Assembly (NCBI GenBank): GCA_037834085.1
Contig: JBBMKC010000007.1
Coordinates: 1-52,117, forward strand
DNA length: 52,117 bases
Direction of reading: 5' to 3'
Source: Bipalium vagum
Lineage: Eukaryota
Positions 1 through 16,000 of this stretch are shown piece after piece. Below the pieces are notes generated by a model. That model worked only from the letters and a program-made list of their open reading frames with translations. It had not been told where the DNA came from and searched no databases. The position numbers and the translations under genes are program-made. Each line of letters opens with the position of its first letter. The stretch's first letter is position 1.

Positions 1-64
<64 letters not shown>

Positions 65-73
65 CATTATTAT
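1..73. repeat. (TTA)n microsatellite
   Basis: About 24 units with one interruption, read directly. Confidence 0.98.
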
Positions 74-1670
74 TTTACAAAGAAAATATCTAAATTGTAT
101 TTAACGTATATTAAATTATTTCATGAATTAATTAAAAATAATAAAAAATATTCTTTTTTAAAAAATGCCCATAATTAAGAAATTTAGTCTTTCAAAAAAT
201 TATGTAAAACTTCAAAAATTTTGATTCGTTATTTTTGAGAAATTATTTAATTAGAGAATTAAATATATTCTATAATGTTACATTACAGAACTAATAAAAA
301 TTGGAAAAAATTAAATAGCTTGATTATCTATTGAAAATTTTGAAAAAATGTATTCAGCTTTGACATTTGCGTTCAACTACAGAAATGTTAAAAGTGTTAC
401 AAAGAAATGGAAAATCTCATTAATCTTAAAAGATAAAAAGCATAAAATCTATTCTTTCTATATCCTGCTAAGAATCTCATGCGATTTTAATTACGCAAAT
501 AATAGGGATTGAATGAATTTTTACATAATGCATCATTCCTAAAATCAAATTACATGTCTCAAATTAAAACAAAATTTATTTTCATTTTTTTAACTGAAAA
601 TCTGAATAGAAGCCGACAGTCAAATCAAATACCAAATTTTAAATAGGTCGACACTGAAATATGATAGTGTATTTATTACATGTTTCATTTTAAATTGCAA
701 GTGAATAGAATTAGATATTGGTCGTCGGTTAATATTAATTAAATTCAAGATAATAATTAATGTGGTTAAGTTTAAAATGATATAAATATAAGATTTTCTA
801 TGGAAAAAACATATCATTCTACAACAAACGATAAAAATTATGGAAGGAGTCTAGATTCAAGTAGTTTGCAAGATAAAATAAAGTTCAGCAGAATTTTTTT
901 CTGTTGTAACAAACATGTCATTCAATGTGCTATAAATTATTGATAAATTCAACATTATTTTGATAATTGTGAAGCTTTCGAATTAGACATGATTATAACC
1001 CCCTAAAACAATGTCATTACGGAAGCAGTCTTTCCATTAATTAAACCAATCTCAATAATCTTATTTAGTAAAGAGGTTTTTGATCGATGAATTAAATTTT
1101 GAGAGGTAATGTCGGTACATTTGGCACAATATCCTTATCACCCTTTCAAACTCTTTTACTGTATTAGACTTCTTCAAGGACTATGTAAACTGAAAATGTG
1201 TGCAGGAACAAACCTTCAATCACTAAATTTAAGAAAAAAAATTGCTTTTAAAAAATTTATTAAAGAAATTTTCTAATTTGTACTCCCTTAGTTTAAAACC
1301 CTGTTTAATCAAAAAAGAAAGTCAGATATTTTCTTTAAATAAATTTTATTCAAAAAAATTGTTTTTCTGTACTAAAATATTTAAAATGAAAATATGTTGA
1401 TCCACATAATCAACATTCCATATAACAAGTCAACATTTCAATATGGAATGACAATTATTGAAAATGAAGTTCAAAATTAGAAAATTACGTGACAAACCCT
1501 GTAATTATAATCTACCAAGAATATTGCATACTCGAGTTATTTAGGTACTCACTAAGTTTTTCAAAAATTTAGATCTAAAAAAAGCTTCCAGATAATTTAA
1601 GTATACTAGGAGAAAACTGGATACCCAGATTTAAATGGCAATTTCCAAATATGAATAATATATATACATA

Positions 1671-1991
1671 TTAGGTGTACAACTATGACTCCGGCTTTTT
1701 TTTAAAATGATAATAAAAATTTTGTTTGCATATATATCTAAATTATATTGAATTGATTTATAAACAAAAACATCGTATAATTAATAATATCACGAGACAG
1801 TTGTTTTAATATTCCTTGTTTAAATATTATAGCGATTTAAAATGACATTATTCATCCCAAATAAATGACATTTGTTGGAAGTACTTCTACATTACTTTAT
1901 TGCCAAGAAAACTGCAGCGGAAACTTACCACTTGTTTCGAGATACCGAGGGAGAACATGCTCCTTTGATGACCACATGTAAAGATTGGTTT
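1671..1991 (+). mobile_element. Mariner 5' fragment, Mos1/mauritiana-like
   Basis: TA|TTAGGTGTACAA TIR. From 1842 it reads MTLFIPNK*HLLEVLLHYFIAKKTAAETYHLF...CKDWF, which resembles the Mos1 N-terminus. It has a stop and is truncated. Confidence 0.8.
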
Positions 1992-2928
1992 ATATATAAT
2001 ATATATAGATAAGACATTAATTATAGTGTACACATAATATGTATTATTGGACTATGAAATTTACAAATGAACGAAAAATAAATTCTTTATATATGTTCAA
2101 CAATTTATCTCTATCGATAAATTCTGTTGTATTAATTATTAATAATATAAAATAAAACAGAAATATTTAATAATTAACCATCTAAACATCATCCAATAAT
2201 TGGTAATTGTTAAGAGACCAACGAAAAAAATTATTCAAATAAATATTTGATAAAAGAATTATTTTTCATATTTTTTCGAATTTTTATAAAAAAATATATT
2301 TCACTTTTATCAGTTTTAATGTTCCATTTCTCTATACTTATACTTGATAAAATGTTGTAAAATTCTCAAGAGATTCAAAATTAATCGATTTTTCTAAATT
2401 AATCAACCCTCCAATATAATGGAAGTATTTATGAATAAATAAATGCTTAATAATAAAATGGCCGTGATTTTTATGATTTTGAATTGGTAATGAGTCCAAT
2501 ATTTTAATTTATCCTTAATCAGAACAAAAGGAAAAAATTCCACTTCTACGCTGTAAGCAAAGACTCATTTTTCTCATTGAAAATTTTCAAATTAATAAAA
2601 AGATAAAAAGGACATAACGTGACCACAATCAAATTTAATTACATTTTTAATTAAAAACTAATCATTAAAAAGTATTAATTATGGACGATAAAATTAGAGT
2701 TTCTCTAAAAATAAAGTAGTTTTATTTAACTAAAAATTATTATCTTAAATATACTTTATAAATCACATTATAAAGACAATATTGTTTTAATGGGACTATT
2801 AAAAAAGATAAGTTAATAAATTTATGACTGAAATTAAATAATATAATTTTTTTCGTATCCATTAATTTAATCAAATTCATTTTAATCTTTATATTTTATT
2901 TAATTCATGAAAATAAATTTCTTTTATA

Positions 2929-3685
2929 TAAGGTAACGAACTAAGTTTTCTCGTTTTTTCAGTTGTTTAAATTTGTTAGCCCCTCTGATTCTCATTTATG
3001 TACTGATTTGAATTTTCTTTGTTTTAGTTTGCTGCTTAAACACGTGAGTTTCAAATTTACTGTATAATTAACGTTATTAACCATTATCCACTGGAATAGG
3101 TGCTCCAAAGTTCGCTGGACAAATCACAAATTCTAGCAATTATTTATTAAGAAAAAAAAATATCACAAGCACAAATGAAACTGTCTCAAAACTTAGCGAG
3201 GTGCTTGGTGAAGGAACGATGACACTGCGAATAGTGCACAATTGGTTCAAAAAATTCAATAGTGGCGATTTTTCATTGGAAGACAAAGAGAGGTCTGGAA
3301 GGCCAAAAGAGTTGGAGGATTATCAAATTATGGACAAATCAGATTTTTTAGTGCTAAACAAATCGCTTCTCAGTTAAATATAAGCGATACAACCATAAGA
3401 AACAGATTGAAACTGTTAGGATTCACTTGTAAACAAAGACAAATGGGTTCCCCACCAACTAGCTCAAAAAAACAAGTTGGGTCGCATTGAAATTTGTTCA
3501 AGACTTCTCGAAAGAAACCGAAATGATCCTTTTCTCGACCGGGTAGTCACTTTCGATGAAAAGTGGATCTATCATCACAACATAATCAGGCGAAGATCGT
3601 GGTCGTTGAAAGGAGAGCCTCCACAAAAAATTGAAAAATGCAACCTTACACGAAACTAGGTTTTTTTATGCTTTTTGTGGGATTC
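2929..3685 (+). mobile_element. Degenerate mariner, 3' truncated
   Basis: WFKKFNSGDFSLEDKERSGRP, KWVPHQL (WVPHEL motif) and FLDRVVTFDEKWIY, with frameshifts. Confidence 0.92.
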
Positions 3686-4468
3686 TTTGATAACCTAAGA
3701 CCCTTGAGCCTCTCAATAGTGAGCACTTTTTTATAATTTTCTTTAACGATTAGTTAATTCTTTTCTTTCTTAATTTTTTTAAAAAGCAACTAATCGATTT
3801 GAAATAATTATTCATTTTTCTTAACCCCTATTTTATAGCATTGTTCATTTAATTATTGACATTGACTTAAATACTTAATATTTTCTTCATTTTGTAGACG
3901 TAGAGTGTACCTGAATTGAAAGAAATTCTATTTTTCATTGCATAAAATAAATAAAGGTTATTGTGATTTATGGGTTTTTTCTCCATTATAGACGCAAAAA
4001 TAACACAGGTGAAGAGTCATTGAGTTTGTAAGGGTTAACTTTTAATACCACAGTTCTAAACCTAACAAAATTAAAGAATTTCACTAATACTGCTTTATAA
4101 ATAACGTATATTTTATGTACAATCTCGAGAATTTTTCAAAAACAAATATTTTTTTAATATTTTTAGTGACTTAATAATATAGTTTTTGTTCTTTAAAAAA
4201 TGTAATTTGACAACTTTTCAAACGATAGAATTAAGCTTTTATTAATAATTTATGAAAATATTTGAGCCTAGAAATAAAATATTAAATTATTATTATGAAA
4301 TTATTTATTATTAATTAATATTACTATATAATTAATATTAATATAATATTAATATAATTAGTATTATTAAGTTAATTTTTTTTAAATTTAATGAAAGTTT
4401 CATTAAACTAAAAAAATTAAAGTTTAAAATAAATAATGAAAACTTTAATTAGAAAAAATATTCCGTAC

Positions 4469-4567
4469 CAATGATAATATCTAAATCTCGGTCTCCAACT
4501 AGGTTCCTGAAGAAAACTGTTTAGTGCAGTAGCCAGATTAACAAATCCATAACACATAAGAAAGAAC
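4469..4567 (-). CDS. kcc: KCC exon 13 (not in the ORF track)
   Basis: [32 protein letters not shown](W), with TAG and GTACGG boundaries. Confidence 0.97.
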
Positions 4568-7016
4568 CTAAACAGTTAAAAGTTAAAATAGATAATGTTC
4601 AGATAAATATTCTATTTTATTTGATGTCTCATAAATATCAGCGAAATAATATATATTTAAAATATACAATGATAAAATGAGAATAAGAAGCTTAAATTTC
4701 AAAATTATTACTAGAAAACCGAATTTTTATAATTTAGTAATTAATTTCAGTCTCGAAATTCATTTTTACAAATCTAATACTACTTTTGATAAATTAGTGA
4801 TTAATATAATAGTAATAATAATAATAATAATAATATACAAAATATTTATCAATAATTTTCTTTCAACATTTTTGCATTTACATAAATGGTTTCTATTTTC
4901 CTAAATCCCTTTGAAGTATTTGGATACAAAATGTCTAGTTAAATGAACCAGCTAATAATTCGCAGTATTTTGATACATAATTTTTGAGAATATATTTCTT
5001 TTTTTTGAAAATAAGAACTGATTCTTTGCATAGAGCATTGAATATGTATTATAAAATAGTTCTATTTACATCATGATGCATTATCAATTTGAAAAATTAA
5101 AACTCTGATAATGGATGAATTTAAACAAAGATTATTCAGTTAATTTTGGTGAAGAAATATAATGAAATATTTTAAATAAAATGAAAATAAATACTAAATT
5201 ATTAATTTTTGTCGTGGTATATAAAGTAAAGAAGGAAACAAGAAAAAAATCAGTCAATAACAAAAACTAGTTCGAAGCAGAATATGTAAAGTTGGTAATG
5301 GTTACTTATTACGACCTATATTTAACAAATAATGTGTAATTGAATGGAAGATAATGTGAAGATGTCTTGAGATTCTTAATCAACTTCCAAAATGATAATC
5401 CATGATTTTTGTATCTAAAAATATGACAAAACATTCTATATTTTGAAAATGTTGATGAGCCGGGGATTGGAAAATATTGAAACATTAATATCTATATTCA
5501 AAAAAATTTTGTGATTAACTATTGTGACAATATTTTCTAGGTCACTGACACACTATTCTGTATATACTGTTGGAATTTTAAGATAATTAATATAGTCTGG
5601 TCGTTATTTTATTATTTAATGAACTTCAGAAGTTATCTGCATCACAAAATTCAACTTGTAGCTTTAATAATATTAGTCAACTATTAGTATAAGTAATAGA
5701 TACCCAATTTAATATCTTCGTAGTAAAGAAAATGCTTAAAATTCTTAAGATAGGTAAATTTGACATTATTTTGACAACTTTTCAAAAGTTTCTATGCCAA
5801 ATATAAATACTTTCTATAAATAACAAAAAAACAATAAATAATAATAATATATTAATAATAATAATAATTTTCTGAAAATATAAATATTTTAAGTAAAATC
5901 AATAAAACCAAAGGAATTAAAATATAATCCATTTAAATATCATATATATTTTTCTTTTGGTAATATTCCTATTTGATAAAATAAAAATCTTCATAATGTA
6001 CACAACATATTATGAAAACTAACATAGTTATCAATGGAGCAATGGAGTCAATACTAGCAATGAGAACTCCAAAGAAGGCAATTAAAAATGTTAATGCCTG
6101 TGCTCTTAAAGGCTCTCCTCGACTTGTTGTTACTTTAAAAACTTCCAAAAATGGTATAACATTATCTTGGGCTATTGCTTGTAATAACCGAGGAGCTCCT
6201 GAAAAAATAAAAAAAACAATCGAAATATGAATAAAATATTTAATAATAAAAGATAAAGTACGCAACAGCAACCTGTTAATGATTGCAGTCCGGCTCCAAC
6301 AGTACTCAAAAAAGAACCGATTAGAATGACCCATTCGTTTGGCCAGGCTAGCTTTGCAACTACTAATTCTCCACCAAGACTTATTCCATATCTGAAAAAC
6401 ATTTTGAAATCAATTTTAAAAATAACTGTCTTCAGATAATTAAATGAAATATTTCCTTTAAAAACATTTTTATATTTAAATCTGATAACTTTCTAAAAAA
6501 TCAGTGTATCAATCATGTTTTAATTCAATTAATAATGAAATAGAATTCATATGTGTTCCAGTTCTTCTAAGTAACTTCCTTTCTCCAATGTATATAATTG
6601 CATAATTATATATAATTACATAAATATTAATTGAGATTTAACGGATAGAAAGATTAAAATGTCTCAATTTTCAATGCCATATAAATATTGTATAACTATC
6701 AGTAATAAGTGTATAAAGGCCAAATCTCGTTTAGAACCATCAATTATCAAGTTCAATTTTAATATGATAGTTTGTAGAGAAGACCTCGTTATTGGAACTC
6801 ATGATATATTAGAGCTAAAATTATTGAATTGATTTAAAGTTTTTAAATATTTTCTAAGAGACAGGTGTTACTATTAAATTACCTCTTTAATAAAAGATTT
6901 TAATATTTGGTCAAAAATTGGAAATAATAATATAAAATCTTTTTATAGTTTAATTATAATTAAGAACTAATTATCAAAATTAACAACAAATTTTTAAAAT
7001 CTAAAATGATTATTAA

Positions 7017-7052
<36 letters not shown>

Positions 7053-10000
7053 AAAAATATTAATTAACATTAAAAATTAAATCCAAGAGTTTCAAAAAAA
7101 TGAAAAAATTAATGAAACTTAATTAAATAATAATGAATAATATTAATCAAAATTAAAGAAATGAAAAAGAGTAAATAAACTTAAAATTGTCTTGTTTAAA
7201 TATTTAATTCGACAAACATGGCATTATTTCAAAAGATGTTTATTTCGTTATTTATAACTTATATCTTATAAATTATAAGCATAAAGATGTAATTTATGGG
7301 AAATATTACGTTTAAATAATGCTTGAAATATTAATCTCATGCTTTAGAAAATATTTTTAAATTTATAATAAGACTTGATTTGAAAAATAAAGTCTAAATT
7401 TTTTAATTAATTAACACTATGATGTTATTTAAGTGGTCATAGGTTTATTATCTATTTAAAGAGAAATGAAGTGATCTATTTATAGAAAGCTTGGTGTTAT
7501 GGTTAGAATGATAGAAAAGAGCTATATAAAGCCAGGAAATCTGCGAATTATTGAACCTGGAATGCATAGATGAAGTGTAGAATTTGTTGAAACCTGGAAA
7601 TCTAGAATAATTATCTGTAATTAAATAATTTTCTGTAGTATGAGATTAAAAATATTTAATCAAGTTTTTCCTTTATGTAGCAAAATAAAAAGATTGGTTT
7701 AAATTCAGATTTATTGACACTAATTGAAAACAATATTTGGTCATTTTCAATCAAGATTTATAACATTATCTAAATGATTTTGTCTTTGTCTCTAAGTAAC
7801 AAGCATTAAATGCGAAACATTTTCTAACAAAGTAAATGTTGGAACCGTACAATGATAAACGAAAAATAAAACTTTCAGATATCAAAAACGATGTCAGTTA
7901 TGTTTAAACTTCTTTGTCTTGACCTACAAACTAAATTTTAATATAAACAAATGAAAATTCCTCATTTTATCTCCAATTTTTTATTAAGATTAAAATTGAA
8001 AATTACTAAATCTATTTTTATTTTTCCAAAAATCTATTTAACTAATCGGTAAAAATTTTGAAGTATACAGTAACCTTTTAAATATATTTGAAAAGTTTTA
8101 GGACATTGATTTGAGTATATTTGCGGATGCAAATTGATTTAATATTAAAGTAACTATTTTTATAATTTGAAGTGAGTTGTCAAATCAGTTAATTCGGTAG
8201 ACAAATCTCGAAGAGTGAAAAATCAAAACTTTCTGAGACTATATCTCAAAAATTACTAACATAAAACTGGTCATGAGAAGATTTTGATTGTAAAAAAAGA
8301 TCTTTTGTACTATTTCAGCCTAAAGAATCAGAAAACCGTTATGTATAAATGTGACACCTCAAATTTCAAATGATTAAATTAAATTCAAAATGATTAATTA
8401 TGGAAGCCGAAAGATCATATCAGTTTGAACTTAAGTCTAGGAAAAAAGTAATGTGGTTGCATAATGATAGATTGCCAATAAAATGATAAGATAAAATGAT
8501 GCTTTATCAGAAATTTATGCCATATATAATAGAAAGTAATTAAATCACTTGTCTTAATATTTTGCTAAGAAAATTTTATTGAAATTATTGAAAAGCTAAA
8601 ATTTCCTTATAGTTCATAAGTAAAAATTTTAAAAATGTGAAAAGACCTTGAAAAAATATTCGAGGGATGATCTGATATTTTCGAAATCTTGTAAACAGTC
8701 AAACCTTTTTACAACGTCACGCGTTGGGACCAAGATTTTATGACGTTATTGAAAGGTAATAATATCTAAGGAAAATCTTTATCTATGTAATGTTAAGATA
8801 TCATATGGTGGTTTGACGTCACAGAGAGGTAAATTTTGTTAAAAAAATGATTTTATAGAGGTAATAAAAATTATATTACCTCCATATGCGGAGTTAATTT
8901 TAAAATAAATTATATAAATTTTAAATTTAAGTTATACAGTCAGATAGTTGAAAATTAATCAGAGATACCTGGATTGGAACCTAAAACCTTTTACATGCGC
9001 ATGGACTGCTCTGACCGCTTAGTTATATTTTTAAGTAATACTAAATGACATCACATATAAAGGTGACTTTATAAAGAGGTTCGACTGTATAACATAATAC
9101 TGGAGTAAAAACATTTTAATAATTACATACAGAAGGAGGAGGAGTTATAGAAAATTTTTATGGAACTAATTTTTGTTGTGAAACATTAAGTGCTCAGTAA
9201 TGTCAATCACCAATCAGTCAACAATCAGCAAAAACAGAAAACAGATTAAAAATTATCAGAATAAAAGGTAGCAGATTAAATTTGCTAATAAAAGCAATTA
9301 ATTCTACTAAAAAATCTTTATGAAAATAATATTTTGAAAGACAAGGAACATAAATTAAATAACAATTACCAAATTTTGATTAGCGTTTTAATTAACAGAA
9401 ATAAATTTGTTATAGTGAAAATTCTTACTTTTTCTTCAAAACCCCTAGACAATTAGTTATTATAACAAGTCTACAACTCAAAGGAGAATTATAAAATAGA
9501 AGCTCAATTTTGATGTCCAGTTTTTATTTGTTTTAATGAATAATTAAAATAAAATAATTTAGTATATCGTTGGAAGTCGTTATTTATTTCTGACTGACTT
9601 TAAATTTTTTCGTTAAAAATATCAATTATGTAACACAGATCAAACAATTTACCTGAAAATCCAGACTCGTAATAGATTTTGACACATTAAAGTTAATTAA
9701 TTATAAATGAAAGGAGTAACGAAAGCTTTAATAATAGAAATTGTTTTTCAAGAATTAAAAAATAATTTAATAAAAAATGTTTAAAGACCCAGCTATTGTG
9801 AAAAGATGTACGGCAATAGTAATAGAACATAGTTTCAATTATTTTAATTAAGTCTCAAATTAATTTGAAATTATTTTTTGTCACAAAATTAAGGAAATAT
9901 ATAAATTTATTTATTACTTTATAAAATAAGCAACTTTTTTGTTTATCTTTATGATTTTTTTCATTTGGAAGGTCATTGTCTATAATTAAATTAAGAAAAC

Positions 10001-13000
10001 GCAACCAGTATAAATTAATAATGTAAAATATTACTCTGATTGAACTCTTTCAAAAATTTTCTAATAGTTCCATATAAATAGAAAGTTGAAATATGAAGGC
10101 AGAGAATTCAGATGGATTATAAAATCTTGTTATGCATTCATCAACCCTCCCATAAGTAAAATTAATATTTCAAGCAAAAAATTATCAGAAAAAATTCATA
10201 TATTGAAAGAAAATCAATGAATTGAAAGTTTACACAAGAAAAAATGTTGAAAATATTCGTTTTGACTAAATTTTCAGTTGAGATCATATGAAAATTGTCA
10301 AAGATTCTGCACCCGTCAGTCTACAATGTGCATTATCCGGATTAGTTTACATTCATTTAATATTATCAGCGAATCCAGTGCAGATTAATAATGATTGAAA
10401 ATTGAAATTAATAAAAAAATACCTTTTAAATTAATAATGTTGGAGTGAATAAGGAAATAAGTAATTAAAAAATTCTATTTCTGTTTTTTCAGAGTTTCTG
10501 TGTGAAAGCAAAAGTTTTTGAGAGGAAGGCCTTTAAATAATAAAATAATCAATCCTTCTTTTTCTGTTAATTAAACTTCACTGATTTTTAAATCAGAGAA
10601 TTGCAAAGAATATTTTTCAATGTTTTTTCTATTAATTTATTCTCAAAAACCTCGGTACAACAGCTGCAGAAAATGACATTACACGTGAATGATTGAGCCT
10701 GCAAACATTTCATCACGTTTACCTGATAGTTGAAATGTAGAGTTTGATTTTCTCCAATCAGTTTTGTTAATATTCAATTAGTGTCCTCCGTTTTCCATTC
10801 AATCTTGAATATAGATAAATAACCTTGATGTCACGAACCTTACTTTGATTAAGCTATTATTTCCCTTAGTTCAATGTCAATGTAATTTTGATCGTATCTG
10901 TATATAATTTTTTAATTTTAATTATTTTTTAAAAAAAACAGTGTTAAATGCAAAAGTCCTATCATATTTCATGTTTCTAGTACTTTTCAGGTTAGATGTT
11001 GACATCTTATTATTTTAAGAAAAGATCTTTGCTTCTCAATTTATTAAATATTTATTACTTCCATAGTCAAACATAGTAAAATCGTGAAGAAAATATAAAG
11101 TTGCTTATATACTACTTATATATAGAAATTAACTTTAATTAACTAATTANNNNNNNNNNNNNNNNNNNNNNNNNNNNNNNNNNNNNNNNNNNNNNNNNNN
11201 NNNNNNNNNNNNNNNNNNNNNNNNNNNNNNNNNNNNNNNNNNNNNNNNNNNNNNNNNNNNNNNNNNNNNNNNNNNNNNNNNNNNNNNNNNNNNNNNNNNN
11301 NNNNNNNNNNATATAATTTTTGTTATAAACAATACAATATCGATTTTTACATAAAAATGAAATTTACGAAAATTAAAAAATTTCGATATTATTAATACAT
11401 TTATTATATTTATATTATTAATAAAAATAATATTTATTAAATATATTTCATACTTCAACGAATTTAACAATCATTATTTAATTTATTAATTATTAAAGAA
11501 ATTTAATTAAATTTTTTTATTCGACAATTTCAATTATTAATATATTAAAATTGATTAAATACAATTGTTAATAGAAAAATATTTATTATTTAATCAACAA
11601 GCGGAAATATAAATAAAAAAGAGTCAGGCAATAACAAAAATATATTTGAATTTCTTGTTATATTTATATTATGAATTTTGTAAACATAATGAAACATTGT
11701 TTAATTTTTGTCTATCAAAATATTCGTGCTTTGTCAAAAATCGAAGGACTTGAAAATCATAGAAAAATAAATTACTTTTGTGAATACAAACAAATGTTCA
11801 ATATTTTTCAATGATCAGTAATTTGTAAAAATTGTTTTCATTCCTTAGAATAACAAATGTATTCTCATTGAGTTAAGTTTCGATTAATTGTTTTAATTAT
11901 TTACCAATATCGACTGATTTGTTTTTCTCAAATAATAATTGAACAGTTTAAACTCTAAAGCATCAAAAATTCTATCGTTTTTCACTTGCATTTATCTAAA
12001 AAAAACTTCGGATATTATTATTATGGTGTCCCATAAAAAATGACCGTTTCTGATATATCAACATTAAAGCTAAATAACGTTTTTTATAAAGAATTAATTA
12101 ACTATTGATTTTTTGTATAAAATGTTAAGTAGATCACTTAATAAAATAGTAAGATTAAATTTATATATATTTGTTTTATTTTTCATTTTAGCGCTCAATT
12201 AAAATGTCTATAAGATATGAAATTCTTGTAATTACAAAATCTACTCTTAACGATTTTCTTATTTTCAGTATGGATCTATTGAAACCAGACGTTATTTGTA
12301 TCTTAGATGATCTATGATAACAATTTAAAAAGAAAAAAAATAACTCAAATTTATTTGAAAGTCTTCATTTTAAATAAAACGTAATAAATTCGTACGTTGA
12401 CTAATAATGTGAACAAAATATTATGAAGATAAAAACATGTATAAGGACAGACGAGCTACTTATTTTTATTATAGATATACAATTACAAAATAATAAACAT
12501 GAACAATTACTATTTTAAACTGTAATTATAATTAATGGAACTAATTAATTGGTAACTTTCAGAAGTATTTCTGGCATAGAACGGAGTAGATTAGATAACC
12601 ATTGTTTTTGGATCTGATCGTGAAAGAGAAAAAAATGAACACTGCTGCTGTAACGATGACACTTGGACATTTAATACTAGTCAGTGTTTTACTTAGTTAG
12701 ATGTCATAAATCGTAATATGGTGTAGCCATTTGAAGCAAGGCCTCCCAAAAAGTAAAACTAGCAGAATGCTTAACTGTAGAGGAAAAAAATATTATTGTG
12801 AAATGTCCTTCACGAAGGTGCTTCCTGCCACAGAAGCTAGAGGGGGATGGATTAAATTGATTGCGATATGAAATATGCCAGACTTTCGTCCACAAAGCCC
12901 GGATTTAAATCCAATAGAAAATCTATGGTTTCAATTGAAAAGACTGCTGAAGAAGTCCTTCATGCATAATGTAGACCGATTGAAGCTACATATCTTGAAA

Positions 13001-16000
13001 ACTTTATGAAATCAGATTCCAAAACAATAATTATCTAATCTGACCCGTTCCATGCCAGCAAGACTTGTGGAAGTTATCAAGGCTAACGGAGGTTCGATCA
13101 ATTAATATAGACTAAATAGTATTTGTTCATGTTTATTCTATTATAATTGGATCTCTATGTTAAAAATAAGGAATACATTTTTATCTTCATAATTTTTATT
13201 CACGGTATTAGTTAAAGAACTGTGTCTTTCATTTTTGTAATTTTTTTCTTAATTTTTTCCCCAATATTTGATTATATTTTCATTTGTACTAAATAAAAAT
13301 TGCTTAACAAATCTACAAAATTTTGTTAAATTTCTTTCTTTCTATGATGTTTTTTAAGAATGAAAAAATAATTTTATAAATTATTATTTTTGATATTTTT
13401 ACTATTAATTTTGAAATAATTACTATTTAATTATGTATCTGTGTTTAGTGAGTCTTAGCAGAAAATAAAATTTCATCGAATTTACCCTTTGAAATTACAA
13501 TGAAAATGAAAATTTTATTAAAAAAATTATTAATACATAACAATAATGAAAAATGAAAAATTTTATTTCTATGTATTTATTTTAATGAAAATGAAATTCT
13601 TTAAAATTATTCTATTTTTTAAAATCAGAAAATATTTTAATAGTAGGTTCTATGTTTTTTATTACCGATTTTATAATTAAAATGCTTTTAAATATCAATA
13701 AAAGCTTTTATCAATCTTAATGGATTATAATGAAACCAACGAATATTCTCAAATGGATATTTTTGAAAGTATTTCATAGTTATTTTTTTTAAATGAAAAC
13801 TAAAATTCCAGACTGAGTTACTTCAAAATATATAACTAGTACATAGGGTAATATCAATATTTCATCATTGTTCTTTGCAAATAAATATGATGAAAGGATT
13901 TGGAATTTTTCCATATTTTCCGATTAAAATTAATAAGAAGTGACCCATAAAATCAACCATTAAATGTTACCTAATATTCGTTTTAGTTTAGGACCAATCT
14001 CGAAAGCAAAAAACATTATTATTTTTCGCAATAAATCTTTTTACAAAAGAAATTTTCTTAAAACTAAAACAATTAAACATTCAGCGGAAGCAAAATGACT
14101 TTAAAGAATTGAAATTTAATTAACAAAACCCCAAAAAATCAAACTCAGAAAGAAATTTTTTAAATAAAATGGTTATATTGCCAAAAGGAAGAATTGTAAA
14201 GCCAAATGAAATGATTAAAAAACTGATCCATTCCGAAACCTGGGTCCATGATTCTATTATGTCTTAATTGATACAATGAAATTAACAGTTAGTATTCAGT
14301 TTGAATTGGGGAAATGAAAAGAAAACCAGCAATTTCACAACAGAATATCGGGATCAATTCGATTTTTCCTCCAGAATATTCTCTAATGAATATAAAAAGT
14401 TTCATGGCCGAAACTATCCATTAATTAATCTAAGACTATTCTATAACCAATCACAAATACTTCCCCCTGCATTCAGTTCGAAACTGAGAAGGAAGCAGAT
14501 AATTGTATTCTGTATAAGAAATAGAAATGTTATGATGTCGTAAGCAAAAGAAATATCTCCAAATATTTCTAATTCATTAAATTTTCTTTGAAAATATAAA
14601 ATTGTTATCTATGCTAATTTATTAGAAAATTTCAGACATTCCCTACCAAAATATATTTTAATGATAAGGAAAAATAGCAGAAATTAGAAATTTACAGACT
14701 GATTTAGGTTATTAAATGTTTTAATTGTAAATAAAAAAATGTTTCCCCAAGTTTTGACACATTGCAGAGAATGGGTTAATTTAACTTCTTAGAATATTTT
14801 TAATTTTTTTTCAAAAAAAAAAATTAGATAAAATTTTTTCATTTTTATCCTTGGTTATTAATTATTATTAAAATTATATTTTATTGTTTAAATATTTGAG
14901 AATGAAGTCGATTTTTTATACATTGTTTTACTGATATTAACTGTTTAGTAATAAATAGTTGTATAATTTGTTTCCTTTGAGATTAAAATAGCACTTTTTG
15001 GTATTTTTTATAATGAAATATAAACTTTTAATGATGTATCGAAAAAGTTTCCAACAATATGAACTCCTATAACTTTTTGATAAATTATGTTCACGAGTTT
15101 TAAATTGACAAAAAATATTATGATAATATAATAAAGGAGTTATTTCCGTTGATTTATTAACTAATAGTATTGAGAATTCAAATACTTCTATATTATTTTT
15201 GTTAATTAATTTTTGAGTCTGCTTTTGACCAGAAATTACTTAAATAACCTAAAAAGATAACCTTAGAAACATATCATTTTTAAGTTATTAATATTAATAA
15301 ATAAAATTTTATTATTTTGAAAAATTATAATCAAATAAACCAATGAAATGATAACCAAGCTGTCAAGAAAGAAAAACAGAATATGAAGATATGTAAAATT
15401 ACAAAAATTTTCATTTAAATTAATACTTCGCTTAATTACTAATCCATAGGATTAACATTTTCGGTATTTATTTTTGAAATAATGTGCTGAAAAATCTAAT
15501 AAATAATCAAATTTCCCATTAATATTAAATATATTTAATATAAATTATAATTATTTTTTAATTCAATGATTATTTCTAAAAATATATATTAACGTATAAA
15601 ATTGGAATTTTTATTCACTGTTTTTTAGTTTGTTTAACATATTAAAATATTGAATATAAGTAAAAAAGCGTTAAATTAAAATTGTATATGAAAATAATGC
15701 TATATTTATTTTTTCGTCTAGATATATGTGGATTATTATTTTTTTATTGTAAAGATTGTTTAGTAACGTTTTCCGGTTTATTTATTACAGTTGTGATACG
15801 ATTAAGCCTGTCTTTCATTTTATGAAATTATTTTATTTCTCCGCATCCTATCAGTTACGTTAACTGTCAAAATATTTCAGAATAAAATATATAAACAAAT
15901 AAATTCAAATCCCTAATCAAAAATGACTCAAATCTAAAATCCAATAAATACATAAAATTATTATTATATTTTGAAAAATATTTTCCCATGTTCATGAAAA

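Noticed and set aside
3700-4038. Possible piggyBac MITE (CCCTT...AAGGG|TTAA)
   Set aside because: The left TTAA is missing and the inverted match is short and degenerate.
1-4468. Next KCC exon (TM11-12, EWGDG motif)
   Set aside because: Searched by eye and not found; it presumably lies beyond the left edge.
6012-6230. Plus-strand 72-aa ORF
   Set aside because: It is the antisense shadow of KCC exon 12.
7423-7765. Possible solo LTR (TGTTAT...ATAACA with TATATAAAG)
   Set aside because: No target-site duplication and no second copy in the window.
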